Positions 40,501-55,500 of a stretch of DNA of 64,000 nucleotides are shown here, piece by piece. Under the pieces are notes generated by a model. That model saw nothing but the letters and a program-made list of their open reading frames with translations, had not been told where the DNA came from and did not search any database. Numbering within the stretch: position 1 is the stretch's first letter; each line of letters starts with the position of its first letter. The position numbers were made by a program, and so were the translations under genes. The stretch comes from Tubulanus polymorphus (Eukaryota > Animalia > Nemertea). The stretch spans positions 7,068,001 through 7,132,000 of the forward strand of contig NC_134028.1 in assembly GCF_964204645.1 (NCBI RefSeq), given 5' to 3'.

Positions 40501-43500
40501 ATGCGTGGAAAACAATTATCGACGGGTGTAATTACATAAATTATTCATCTGATACAAACAGCAATTACTCAGCGACGAGTCACAAAAAATGGCAATAAAA
40601 ATCCGAAAACATTTTTCAAGCCAGGAATTATATCAATCGTGTCATCGAGGTCGCGAATTAGGTTTTACGGAATGCGCGCTTTATGATTGACTTATATCAG
40701 CTATCCGACCGCCCTCCTCATTTGCTGAACAAACTCGTTTCATTCGTTTGTTCCTGTTACATTAATAATTGAGCACTATTTCGGTCGTGCAAAATACAAA
40801 AAAGTTTTATGCATGCAATTTACTAAATTGATTCCTATGAGACGAAAGATCACTACTAACAAAGAGCATTTCTTTCCGACAAGATTTACACATACACAAT
40901 AGATATTACATATATTTTTTTAGAAACTTATTTTCATATCCCAAGAGTCTCATACGTGATATACGATTAGCCTATACCAGGCTCCATATGGGAACCCTTC
41001 AACTGGCCTGGTGCCGCTCAAGCTGTAAAAATATCTTCCCTGATGGGTATCACGAGGTTTGAGGGTTCCTTTCCGCGGCAAGGAGTGAAAAACTCATCAT
41101 TCAGACAACAGCATGATTCGAACCCTAGTTTTACGAGAGACCAGTACATGAAAGGCTGCTTAAGGGGGGGACATACTGGGCTATTTTAGGGGGACATACT
41201 GGGCAAATCGCCTAGTGTGTCAGGGTTGGTGCTTGAAGATCACCTTCGGCAATTCAAACTTATTTGCCCAAATCCATCATGTTGGACCAAATCACCTAGT
41301 GTGCCAGGCTACGGTGATCGTTTGCCTCAAGTGCCATTTTAATCAGCCAATGACTCTTCTCCGATGGCACGTGATAGCAAAATGGCAGCAAGATTTTTCA
41401 AAGGGTGGCGCTAGTGCCTGGCTAGTGTGTCAGCTACTCTTGGCGATCAAATCAGTGAGAAAATTGGCGGTGAATGAGTTGGCCGACTTAATCGCCCAGT
41501 GTGTCCAAGGCTTTAGTCAATGAACCACTGAGGCCGTCAAAACCTTTCATTTTCCATCGACGAAACTTGTTCAGTTCAACGGTAACATTTTCATGTGGGG
41601 TACAGTTCAATACAATTACAACCATCATGCAACATTCCGTGATGTCATATCATGACATACGATGCGATAAAAATATCGTTTAAAAATTCTATCTAAGCTG
41701 AAAGCTAAAAAACAATTGTAAGCTAAAATTGTAACAACAATGTTTTCGTCACATCATTATGATTGTAAAAAGATTTTATCTAAAGTTTTTTGGAAACCTC
41801 TTTTGTACTTCGGCATTTGAACCCCTGTAAATACTGAGCTAAATTGTGGAGATCGGCTTTATTTTGTAACAATGAAACTTGAAGCCATTACTGTGTAACA
41901 GCCCCAGGCATCCCATAGTGAAAGGCAGGATTGAAACTAACTGGTCAACCAAACATTGCCACAAAATGTTGATCAGTAATTCATTGTTTTCATGTTTTGC
42001 ACCATCCGACCAGACTGATTACTGCGCCATATGTTTCCATTGTTTTCAAGATTCATGACTGAAATGATTTGTTCATGCAGCAGTAGTTCTACATTATATC
42101 AATTCAGAAATGTTGATTGTAACGCGATATATCTCTATTAGAAAACAGCTTGACGTATACCCGGTATGCAAAATCCATCCAAGTGATCGAGTTTTACCCA
42201 TTTTATCTAGGTGTGCCTGACAGGGGTGGATCTAGGACCTGATTCTGGGAGGCGGGTGCACCCCAAAATAGGGCATATCATATAACTAAAAGGGCACCTC
42301 AAAAGAAAGCTCATCGGAGAAAATTAACTAATTTTTGGAAATACAGACAACAAGCCGATGAATTTAAACTATCCAATTTAATATTTTCAGTTTTCCAGTA
42401 AAATTTCAGGCCAAGTGGACATTTTTAGGGGCTGGTACTGCAACTGACATTACTTTCATTGAGAAAGATATTTTCTTTGTTTCTAAATGAAAGTGCTAAA
42501 AATACATGTTTATCATATTTGTATTCAAATCATTGTTGATTTCTACGGACACTGACCAAAGCGCTTTTTGCGTTGTTTTACACTGAGATGCATGGACAAA
42601 CAAACACTGGTTGGTGCGAAAAACATTTGGAGTTTACCACAAATCAATGGGACTTTTACTTATAACTGCATGCGACTTTCACGGCTGTCCATTAAGATAA
42701 AATTGGGAGCGATTTTTTTCATACTGATCGAAGTACTTAATGAACACCCTGATCTTGACTAATTGTATATGCCTTAGAATACCCCAGCAGAAGGACATTT
42801 CAAAATCAACTGACATTAATTATTCACATGGGCAATTCAGGGGTAAATCCAGGACTTTAAGGAGAGAATATGCACCTGTCCATTCGAAGGGGACTCTTAT
42901 ATATATATATTTATATCGCAAAAGGAAGAAGGCAGCCCAGACGTTGTCTGAGGAATTTTGAAGGTCTTCCTTTAGCTATTAGGAAAATACAACATCAATC
43001 TTTGAAATGTTAAAACAACAAATATGATTGGATCTGCCCGTTGAAAAATCCTTTTCAGCCAATATACTACACGATGTTGACCTTGACTTATGTATGTCCT
43101 TCTGCTGCGGGGTGAGGTCAATGTCAAGGAAAAACAGCTATATCTTTGTTACATACTATCGTTATTTGAATATGGTTTTCTTTCCGCCCATCGTCCTGGG
43201 TCTGACGGTATCGAGGCTATGGAATTATTCAAAATTTTGTCGCTACCTAGAGTACAAGATAAACGCTCATGAACAAATATGGAAAATCATTCCAAATAAA
43301 AGATGAATTTCATTGAATTCACGCCGGATGAAATTATACATTAATCTGGTTGAATTATGGTTATTTCTTATTCGCATTAGCAACTCCAAAATAACATTTC
43401 ACTGAAAACATCGAAACAATGATGAATGACGAAACACATTTCGCGGTGTCCATAACAACAAATATGTATCGAATGACGTAAGGTCAAATTGCTCTTTATA

Positions 43501-46500
43501 TCGGCACAACATTTCTAGTATATAATCTTAAGAAAATTCTAGTAAAGATGACTACCTCGATCAATCAAAACGTCAGGGCCGGTTGTTCAAAATTTGGTTA
43601 GCGTTAACCAGTGGATGGTTGACAGAGTGACAATTAAAAGCTCATTGTTACTATGGTATCTATCCGCCGCTTATCTTTAGCCAACTTTTGAGCAACTGGC
43701 CACTGATTATTGCTTTCTTATACGTATTTGTGCTGGATATCAAATACCCCCATTACAGACACAGATTTAGAATATTACCAAAATGGTTCAGCCATATTTA
43801 CTAGAGGAATGCTTGTTTTTAAAGTTTTCAGAATAACGATCATGCATTGGACACGTATAATTTACCGTTGAGTTTATCGGTAAATTGGCCATTATCTGCA
43901 GCTAAAAAATAATTGACCAGTTTCAATGCAGGGTTGATTTTGGCTCTGAATTAGTTTGAAATTCTTTACGTGTTTTATTTGAGAATGGAAAATAAAGTGG
44001 GCTTAATCAGGCTATGCATTTTAGTGTTCGTTGACTAGGTCGCCATATGCAGCCAAAACGGAAATGATTTTATTGAAGAAATATTCAGGAAAACACACAT
44101 TCCTTCGTTACATGCACGTTTGGGTGAAGTTTCCTAAATGAACATAAACATTCTCTCTTATTTTCTAAATTGTTTCACTTTTTTGCATAACGAGGTTTGG
44201 TCCATACACTACAAACAATCAAACTTTTTACCTAAATCACCATTTAACCGATTTTGCTGTTCACTCGCTTCAAAAAAAAGAAAAACAAAAGAAATGCACA
44301 CACGAATTGAAACAAATCATATCTTCATTCAGAACCTGAAATGTTAAAAGATGCAAGTGAACTTTCATTACCTGGTACTAGTATTTTGATAAACACTTAC
44401 CGAATGCCATAGCAGTTGCAGCTTTCAATTTTCGTCGATATCTGAAAAGAAATAGTGAAAAAATCCTTAATAATTCTGAAAGAAACCTCTGATTTTTTAC
44501 TAGAGCGGAGACAGGATAGTGCAGATGACTGGCAACACCTGATGGGATAACTGGTATTGCGGCTCTTATCTGTGACAATGTGATTTTAAAACTCTCACCC
44601 TGTCCGCGTAACAAAATATTGAGATTTTTAGAACTTACGTCCTTCTGCAGCACCACAGTAAGATAATCAGCAAAATTACAGCCACTCCTAATGCGACAGC
44701 AACTACTGCCAACGCTAACCGTAATGTTCCGACTTCATCGGTCTTTACTTCAGGTTCCACAGCCAACTGTCAAAAACACGAAATTATCATTGATACTTAG
44801 AAGTAAGGCAATATAGTCAGCAATGTGGTCCAGAGTTCTTAAACGGACTGGCCTTAGGATTAAAGTTTATTGAAGTCTGTCCCTGACATTTGATGGTTCT
44901 CACCATAAACAAATTTGATCTAGGACTGACATGTCTGAAGGGAGTTAATCAATGATAAAACAAAATTCATCATAAATCCTGTACTTACCAAAACCTCAAT
45001 GACGTTATACTCTTTAAAGAAAGCTTCTAATGATGCATAGTTTGTGTCGACTAAACTGCAAAATTAAGAAAAAATTTTTAAACATTTCTCTTAATATGAA
45101 TAAGGAGTCTGGTTGCTAGGGTTATGAAACTTACTCTAAGACGTAACGTGCATCTAATATTTGTCCTTTATTATCGACTGCGTGTATAAACATATCAGTC
45201 CTGAAATACAATCATAAACATCCAATCATCGAAATCAAGAGTTGGGGTTCTTGATAATAAACTATACAGCAGGAACAAGTTCTCAGTTAAAACTCTTGAT
45301 GTTCATGGAAAATTAACTATTCTAAAAAGTTGAACGTCACATTCAACAGAAAATTGTTGAACTGGGTTCTGAGGAATAATACCCAGCGCACTACTACAAA
45401 CGGAAACATGGAAACAAGAGACAGAACATGTTTCTGAGGCGTTTCCCTATACCGTATCTGAGTCCGGAATAGTTTTCTAACAGCTCCACTGAGTATCTAC
45501 GATGGCCATAACTTGTTCACTCTTAAGTATGGATCAAAAGCCCTTTTATATTGGATCAAATTTTACTATCAAGAAAACTTATCAACAAATCTTTGTAGGT
45601 TCTACTTCATGAGGTTCTAACAATCAGACAAAGAACAAATAGCAGATATATTACTTACAATTTATCATCAGATTTTCCATCATCTCCTTTATGAGAGGTT
45701 ATCTTATCAACGTTTATAGTTGCACCAGTTTGATTTGATAGAAAGCTGAAAAAAAGACATTTACTTCTTTATAAATATTACGCAGTTGAATCGCTGTAAT
45801 TTCTTTGAGTTTCAGATTGAAGCAACAATAGAAATCGAACAGACGCTTCTGGAAGATTGAACACGTACTCGGCGAATGTCCGGCGTATCTTTCCAACTTC
45901 ATTCGTTGTTCCTCTGAATACGACTTTCACCCTTTGATTTTCATTCAGCAAATAAATCTGTAGGTGATGAGAAAACGTGAGAAAATTCACTCCGATTTTA
46001 GGAGATAAAGGTTTCTAATGATGTGATGATTTTTCAAGTCTTCCTTTCATAGTTTAAACAATGATCTAAGCTTAACACAATTTCTTTCGAATCGTGGAAT
46101 ACTGTAATACCAGTAATTAAACAATTCACTTACGGCCATGTCAGCAGTGTCGAACATTCCAGACGAATCATTCACTTTAACTTTGAAGTTGAAATAGCCT
46201 TGCATATTAGCTTGAAAGAATATGTTCGTGCTTAAAACTGCCGACATCTTTTCCAGAACGAAAGGCACCGATTCGCTACGTTCTTGCAGTTGTTCTTTCA
46301 GTTTTGCAGTGATCTGAATTGGTCCGTCGATGTAGAAGAAATGTATGCTATTATTTCCGATGTCCTTATCGGTGACATCTCTCTGAAAGAACGGATACAC
46401 GTTTGATTTATTAGCCGATCATTAATAACTGTTACTTTAAGGTATAAGATCGATGAGAGGCTTCCAGAAGATCTATAGCATTACATACTAGGATCGAGAA

Positions 46501-49500
46501 CATGAGCTATTAAGCCACATGATCATCTACCCTGAATTGTACAATATTTGAAGAAACTGAAGTGGTCTTGCCACATCTCGCAATCATCAGGACTGACCGG
46601 CCAAGTTAGTTCTACAAGGAAGTACTGGCAACAAGAGGAAGAGGTAAGCAGAGGAAGTGATAGGAAGACAAACTTTTCCAGAACAGTCAGACAGGCAACC
46701 ACTGATGTTGGTTTCTTCGCCTAGCGATCGATTTGCAAAAACATAATTAGATGTTCTAGTCTAAATACTGAACATATACCGGGTAGGTAAAAACTCACAA
46801 AGAAATTATAAACTTCGTCCCCCTTCTGCGTATCGCGTGTCACACCGGCTGAAAACTTCTTTTTCGTGAACACCGGCGGGTTATCATTTATGTCCTGCAG
46901 TTTGACCTTGATCAGTAACAACGACGGGTCGGTCGCATTATATTTCGTTTGAAAACGATTTGGATCCGTCAGAGGTAGACTGTTCGCCGCGCGTCTCCGT
47001 CGACCAGCAGGCGGCTGCGTGAACGCGGTACGATCCCAATATTCTACAAAATTACGATTTATTCATATAGGACGATCAAAAGGGGGCAGCGCTATTAGAA
47101 AACCAGATTCCGAACGGAGGTCGCTTACTATTGTTGCATTCACCGGTTGCCTTGATTACAATATCGGAAAATGGAACTGTTTCGCGGTCCATTGATTTCA
47201 CCAAGAACAATTTGCCAGACAGCTTTTCCAAGTTGAAATTTAACTGCGGGTCACCGCCTTCAAAAATAGAAATTCGAATAACATATCTATGCATTGGCAA
47301 ACATATGACATCAGGAAACTGAACAGCTCTTTAAAATGAAAACTTTGAACACACTATTTTCTTCTGGGGCCTGATGCTCAAAAGTTTGTTAAGATAACCG
47401 GCTGATAAATACCATAGTATCAATGAACTTTCAATTGTCACTATATCAAGTATCCACTGGTTAAATCTAACTTTTGAGCAATTGGTCCTGAAGTTAAGGT
47501 AGTGGTTTTGGGTTGGTGTCAGTACACTGTACTTAGATAGATGCTGCTCATGACCTTGATTATGTGAACACACTTTTAATATGGACATTTAGCGAATTTA
47601 CTGAAAAAGTGATTTACTGTATCTAAAATGCATGATAAGAATCTGAAATTGATTGAATCTGGATGGAACAGTATTCATATCATAGTGGTATCACTGTATT
47701 CGAACTTACTTACCGACTATGAAATAACAAATGATCGAAAGGTTTTTACTGTCTCTGTCGGTCGCTTTCGGTATCATACCGATGAGAACGTTAGCTTTAC
47801 CCTCCGGTACACTCATTACGTACGGGATGGCAATTTTCGTCTTGTCAAACATCGGTAGATTATCATTCGCGTCTCTGACATGAACAATTATCGATTTAAT
47901 AACCACAAACAGTCCATCGGTTGCTTCAACTTCCAACTAGAATGAAATAAACGAATCTAGTTATAGACTGAAATATTCCAATCATCTGGCATTGATTGTA
48001 CAGGGAGGCCACTTTTATTTGACATGCTTTTCCCTGACTATTCCCTGACATGTGGGTTTGTTTCCTTGACTTGATCTGCTAAGAATTCAATTAATTAACA
48101 CAGAATCTGTTTGTTTTTTGGCACTCAAGTTTCCCTGATCTTAAGCTGTTTTACAAAATTCCCTGGCTTGTTTTAAGAAAAGTCCCTGACTTTCCCCTGA
48201 TTTCCAGGTAAGTGGCCACACATATCATATATATTAGACAAGAATAGGCTGATCAGGGTATTTTCTAGAGTGAATAATACCTGACCTGGTATTGAGCTTG
48301 ATTTTCACGGTCGGCCTGCACGATCATCTTTAACCATCCCGTTTTCGATTCGATAACAAAAGATTGGTAATCCTTCTCGGGTTTCAGTCGATATGTAATG
48401 ATTCCGCTTTGCCCCCGATCGCTGTCTGTAGCTATGAATTGAACGATCATCTTGTTAATCGTTGTTTCATTCTGGAATAAAATCAAATGATTTTCATTAG
48501 GAAATGAAAAATCGAGTTTCACAATCTCAGGAATTGAAAACCACCAAGACACATAAATGTTCATTCACAAACTGGCGAACTGGACCCCCAAATCACAGTA
48601 AACAAAATGCGATATGTATTTTATTCTAAGTATAAAATCATATTTCTAATTCTGGAGTCGAGGTAAGAAAATACCCAGTAAGTTTACTTTCAAATATTAC
48701 GACCTTTAGACCATTGATTTGCTAAAACCTTATATATTTCTGTGAAGGTTCGAATATGTAAGAGATAATGAAGGATTTTGTTAAACCATACTTTATAAGC
48801 CATCGTATGAGACTTCTATGGTAATCAGCATCTACCCCTCTTTGCTAGCACACCGCATCACGGTGTATTGATGATATTAGTTATTAGTTTTCATCTCTAT
48901 TGAAGCAGCACAGTTGGATGAAGAGTTTATACTAATTCGCTACCTCTGATACGTAGAAATCAGCAGCAACTGGCTCTCTAAACACCGGTGGACTATCATT
49001 GACATCGGTAACATTGATATAAACATCAGTCGTGCCGGTGAGAGTGGTCGGTGTGCCTTGATCCGTCGCTCGCAATTTCAAATGGAACAAAGCGATCGTT
49101 TCTTTCAGCGACTTTTTCAACACAATCTGCCCGCTGGTCGGCACGACTTGGAAATAATCGGTGCCGTTCGAACTCGCTGTGTCGATCGAATACGTAAGGA
49201 TTGCGTTGTTTTTGATGTCTTTATCGTCGGCTGTGATCGTCGTCACCGGATTCACGACCGAATGAGTCTCTTGAATTTCGATCAGATATTTCGTTTTCGG
49301 GAACGTCGGCGTTTCGTCGTTGACGTCGGTTATGCGTATCTGCAGCTGAGCGGTATCGGTACGCCGTTTCTCGGCGGGTGCGTTGTTGTTATCCGCTGCG
49401 ATCACGGTCAAATCGTAGACGGATTTCGATTCGCGATTCAGCGGTTTTTTCACGGTTATCGTCCCCTACAAAATTATGATTTGAGAGACTGGTGAGAATG

Positions 49501-52500
49501 ATATCAACAATGTATTTCTTCTGATTACTTGATTAGTGTCTTTGTTCTGGATAGTGTATACATATTTCTTAATTTCTGTTTAAACTCAGATTAGTCTCTT
49601 CATTATGGATTGTATGTTAACCCTTTCAGCGCATCTACACCGCAGTGCAGTGTATAAATCAGTGATAGATTTTGCTAGTACACCGCACTGCAGTGTATTA
49701 ATTTAATTAGTAATTATCTCTCTTGGCAGCACCTGTCAAACATAGTGAAATATTTGTAACTAACGATACACTGCACCGCGGTGTATACACACTATAGTGG
49801 TATTCCCATTATTCAACACACTAGGGTGGAATTTTTGAAAATTTTCAAATTATCTCCAGCACTATAGGGTATTGATTAGCCAGCACTGAAAGGGTTAATT
49901 TCATCATTTATGTTGTAACTCGATGATTTTCAGAGTATAGTTAAAACGTTAAAACTAATAGCTAAACTGAACTACTAAAACTACTAGCTCAAGGAAACAT
50001 TTTTGGAGTGTTATATCATTTTTTCATTTTTATTGTGGGATCCTTTACACATTAACATAAACGATCCTTCTGCACCAGCGAACGAGGATTCCACTAGTGG
50101 CAAGTATGGAACTGGTAGCAATAGATCATCTAATCATGATTCTATCAAAAAAGTAATTTTCCGATACCTGACTTGGGCATGGTTCATGAAAAAGATCAAA
50201 TCGTTTTAAGTTTTAAAATATTTTTGCTTATGAAAACGGACCCAGCGTAATGGGATACTACTCACATTGTTCGGATCAATTTGAAAGTCGCCAGTTCCCG
50301 CTTGTAAGAAGTACTGCACAGCACCGTAATCTCCCAAATCTGGATCATCGGCTTTCAGAGTTATGACCGTCTGTCCGACCGTCGTGTTTTCCGGTACGTC
50401 GATTGTTTTCGAATACGGTTGAAATTTCGGATTGTTGTCGTTAATGTCGAGAATACGCACGCGTACATCGGCAGGCGTCGATAAGCCACCGGTGTCAGTT
50501 GCTACGACGGTGAAGTTGAGCCATTCGTTCGTCTCGCGATCCAAACGTTTTTTCAATGAAATTCCGCCTAAAATATTATGTTTTATTACGAATTCATCGG
50601 TATTTCCAAATATCGAACTTAAATCTTCAACCTCGCCCACAGGTGAGGTATTGAGATACAGGCTCTCTATATTCTCAAAATCTCATTTTCATTTTTTCGA
50701 GAAACGGACTGACCTGATGAAGGATCTTTGATTGCAAAGCTTCCCGTGACATCATTATTCAAGGAATAAGCAATAGTTTTTGCTTTGTCGGCATCAGTCG
50801 CTACGACAGTCAAAATCACCGAGTTCAAATCAGCATTTTCATTCACGTTTACTTGATAACTGGGTTGTTTGAATACGGGAGCATTGTCATTCACGTCAGT
50901 AAGTCCAATCGTCAAAGTTGCTGCGAATAACAAACAATAGCCATCATATGGTAGAGAGACAAGATCGAGGGGGTTGGTATTGAAACCCTGCAAAGCTGAT
51001 AAAGTTAATTGATGTGGTAAGTTTTCTCTTTTATCTGGATATTAACTGTTAGTAATATGTATCCTTGAGAGTTAATAGAAATAGAGTTATCCTCGATGAG
51101 CTGGTTTTAAAAATCAATTTCACTTAAATGTGAGTTTAACTCAAACGATTGATACTCGAGTTTAAGCCAGTCAATTGCTTAAAAGCTGGTAAGAGTTAAC
51201 CTACGGATTACTGAAATAGCAGCAATTGAAAATATATCTTTATTATCATGGTGCTCATCAGGTTGGTTAGGTTGAATTGGACCACAACTTTTAGCAACTA
51301 GCCATGGGCCAAAGAAAATCCTATCTTACCGATTGCTGACTGAACTCCGCCTAACGCATTCTTATCGACCACTTTTATCTTAATCGTAACCTCTTCTGTT
51401 TTCTCGCGATCCAACTGCTTGCTCACGTAAACTTTGCCGGTCATCCGCTGCACTTCGAACAGACGTGTGAAATTGTAAACCACCGGGTCTACGGGGTTTC
51501 CAATCGAGTCCTCGGCCGTTACTAGATCGTAAAGGACGCTGTATTCTAACTGAGCGTTCAAATCGAGGTCGATCGCAGCGTAGTCGTAAACGACTTGCTG
51601 CGGTTGTAAATTTTCGGCGATTTCGATACGGACAGAAGTCGGCTTAAAAGTCGGCGCTTTATTATTGACATCTGTTATCGTAATGGTAACGGTCGTACTT
51701 CCCGTGTTCGTCGGGGTACCGCGATCGATGGCTAAGACTTTCAGCACATATTGAGTTTGCGTATCCCGATCCAAATTTGCGCCCGTTTCTACTTTAATCA
51801 CTCCATCTTGCCCGCCGATTTTGAATTTATCTTTTGCTCCGGATTCGATGCGGTAGAATATTTCGCTGTTCAGAGTTCCAGGTCGGTCGTCATCTTGCGC
51901 AATGACTTGCGTAACATTTGTATCTATGATAAATTTCAAATGATTTTAAAAAAAATCCTATTTCAGTTCCTAGATAGTTTGCGTTTAAGACATAAGAGAC
52001 TTTTTTCATATGAACTTACCTGGTAATGAATTTTCTGGAATACTTGCTGAATAACTGTTTTTGTCGAAGAAAGGCGTGTTGTCATTCGTGTCCTTAACAA
52101 TTAATGAAGAAATCATAAATGCAATATACCATCAACCATGATACTATAAGTCTAGTCCGTTGGTCAGCCCCGTTAGATGCCTACATGGCGATATGAATAG
52201 GCTAGAAGAGTTTTGTTCATAGAGTCAGGGAGCGAAAAGCGAAAAATTTCACGAAAAAATTCAACTCTCATATCGATATTTCATAATTCAGTTCATTCAG
52301 TAAGATACCGGCATCAAAATCCTTTTATTTTCAATGAACGTTGAAATAGATGATAAGGCTCCCAAATGGAGATTTTGTCAAACAAGTCATCAAATAGGTA
52401 TAAGATTGTTGTTCCCAAAATGAGTGTAAGGTATAGTTTTAAAAATTGATTCAAGTCTCATTGAAATGTAGAGTAAATTGTAGCACAGTAAGCGTTTAAC

Positions 52501-55500
52501 CACTTAGCAACTAAACACATTTTCGTGTAACTAGACCAAGACCCACAAATTATTCATACAAACCTCTAGTTTGATGACGACAGTAACATCATTACTGAGA
52601 GGTGGGTTACCCTTATCGGTAGCCGACACAATCAATGTAAACTGTCCGTTCAACGCAGGATCCATTTTCTCATAATCTAAAGGCGCAGTCAGACTGATCT
52701 CACCAGTCGATGGATTGATGGTGAAATTTTTCTGTGGATCGCCGGATTTGATCGAGTAAGTGATTTGATTGTTCGGAGTCAAGTCTCGGTCAGACGCCTA
52801 AAAAACCACAAGAGAAATACACATTCATGTATCACAAATTTTTCACAAAATCATTTGGACTAGACATAGACTGGTATCATGATTAACCCGAGGGCTAACT
52901 CAATTTAATTTCAATTGAGTTATCCCCCGGCTTAAAGATAATACCAGTCTCTAAAACTGGCCCCTAGAACTTTAGTTAAAGATTTCCCCCCTTGAAGATA
53001 TTAAATTGAGAGAAATTACAGAATATGTTTTACTCTACTACATGAATTCAACAAGTACAAATATGTACTTCAAATACTCTTTTCGCCTCGTATTTGCAAT
53101 AAACCGCATGAATTTCCTCAGTTTTTAGATGATATGTATGATGCATTCATCATATCACTTGGTTTTCTTCACATTTTTTCAAGGCAGTAATTCAAAAATT
53201 CCTCATCCTCAAGAATGGTTTCGTTACCTCAATTTTTACAGGTCGTACGAGCTGCGATTGTCCTTCCAAAACTAAGCCATCGTATTTCGTCTGACGGAAC
53301 TCCGGTTTGTTATCGTTTCGATCGGTTAGTTTGATAATCACTTGAACGTTCGAACGACCACCGGCGCCATCTGTAGCGATATACACGAGGTAATACGCGT
53401 CAATCGTTTCGCGATCGAGTAACGTTTTGTCGAGGTTCGCGTCGACGTTAACGCTGATCAAACCGGTATTCGGATTGACAGTAAACCTGTAAACAACATC
53501 GAACGATTCATGAAAGCGATCAAAATCAAAACTAGGATCTGTTTTATTGACTGGGTATAAGGCTAAAAATGGTTCTATGAGGTTAAATTCTTAACTAAGA
53601 GTGACCAGGGTTGGGGACACTTGTCAATGTAAGGACTGATTTCTGCTACAAGGAGACTTGTTGTCAGCAGTGACTCAGCAGTGTTGGGACGGTATTGCAC
53701 ATTGTTGACCAGATCCTCAGGTGAGAATCAAAGAAATTAAAGGTCTTTCCAAATTATCACTGACTTGAGCAGAGTGAGTTGACTGTTACCCGAATAAGGA
53801 AGGGTCTACTGTCTTCAGTACAACCAGTCACTTCCCTGGACACTGATGTATTTTACATTTTGAAATATGAAACAGATCCATGGGCTTGAATTGGCAAGAA
53901 CAGAGAATGCTTACTTCGATGCGCTTGATCCAACAAGAGAGTATGTTATTTTACCATTGATACCTTTATCACTGTCTGTAGCCTGAAGAAAAACAGATAG
54001 ACAATGTTCTAAACAAAAATTCTTGGTTGGCCCATAGACCAATGATTTCATCACTGACAAAATTGATGGATAGTAGTTCATGTTGCATGATGCATCGTTA
54101 AACTCACAGTAATAGTAGTAATCGAGGTTCCTTTGGGTGAGTTTTCAGGAACGGTTGCATCGTAGCTCTGTTTACTGAATACTGGAAAATGATCATTGAC
54201 ATCGGTAATGGACAAAACGATGTCTGCGCTGCTCGAACGTTTTTCAGTCGTCTGCGTTTCCGTCGCAACGACCTAAAAACAAGAAAATGCTTCGATATCA
54301 ATTAAAATGACAAATTCTACAACATGAAATATTGTACAATGCCAAATTCATTTTACTAAACTTTTCATGAAAAAGTGCATAAACTTTTAACCTTTCATAA
54401 CCTGAATTTTGGTTGAAACAGTTTGAACAGAAGTTTAAGACAAGTTTGTGAAGCCCATTAAGGGGCTACAGCTACGTTTGGCTTTTCAAACATCAGGTCA
54501 CATACATAACTGTTTAATCATAACGTTTGTATGCTTTGTAATATCTAACTATATATGGCAAATAAAAAACTATCTATCGAACAAACCTTGAATGTAATCG
54601 TTGATTGTTTTTCGTAGTTTAAAACGCTTGAATTTTTCACGCGTATCATCACATTAGCCGTATTATAAACGACAGACGGCGCCACTTCAAATGCTGTATA
54701 CGGCTGACCGTTTTGTTCTAGTGTTAATTTGAATTGTCCATTGATTCCCTGAAATAGAAAATATCATCATTGAATGGTACGATTATCAGAACTACTCAAA
54801 TCTACTTGTTCCCTGTGGGATGGTCATAAAAGGGTAGGTAGTATCAAGGCCCAAGTGATTTCCTTTGCTCAAAAAGTAGTTGAAGATAACCAGCGGATAA
54901 ATACAGTGGTAATAATGAAATTTTTATTGAACAGATTTGAGCCCAAAAACCCTACACTGACGAGATCAGTTTAAATCCTGATGGTATAAACCTATCCTTC
55001 AAGGTGCATGAACAATAGATTCATTAAAAAAAACCCCATGTATCCTGCCCTGGTTTGGTGAAATTGAGGGGTTTCAACTATTCATTTAAAGCCACGGCAC
55101 AACTCAGCAACAACTATCAAACCAACATGGTGGAGAACTAAAGACTCAAAAAATACCAACCTGATCAAGATCGGTAACTTTCATTTCAGTTTGCGGCGCT
55201 GGCATGAATGTTATCGGTATTCCTGTTTGCGTATTTTCTATAACATTTGCGACATAATTCTGTTGGTTAAACGTCGGTTTCTCGTCGTTGACGTCAGTAA
55301 CGGTGATCCGAACTACCGTATCGGCTGTCGTCTGTCCTTTCGGGTTCGTCGTCACTTCGCTCGCCTGGTTTAAAAAAGATCGAACTCATCATCAAAACTG
55401 TCAATATTCATATATGAAATAGGAATATACTCTCTTGTTTGGTTTTACAAATGTTCAACTTTAATCTCGTTGTTGCCGTTGGTTACTTCACGTTTTCAAT

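Noticed and set aside
44372-44377. 6-nt TACCAG segment with gtaatg donor
   Set aside because: The upstream intron would be only 23 nt.
49058-52026. Plus-strand ORFs 49058-49495, 50432-50731 and 51751-52026 (also 25613-25822 and 33093-33461)
   Set aside because: Antisense shadows of real minus-strand exons.
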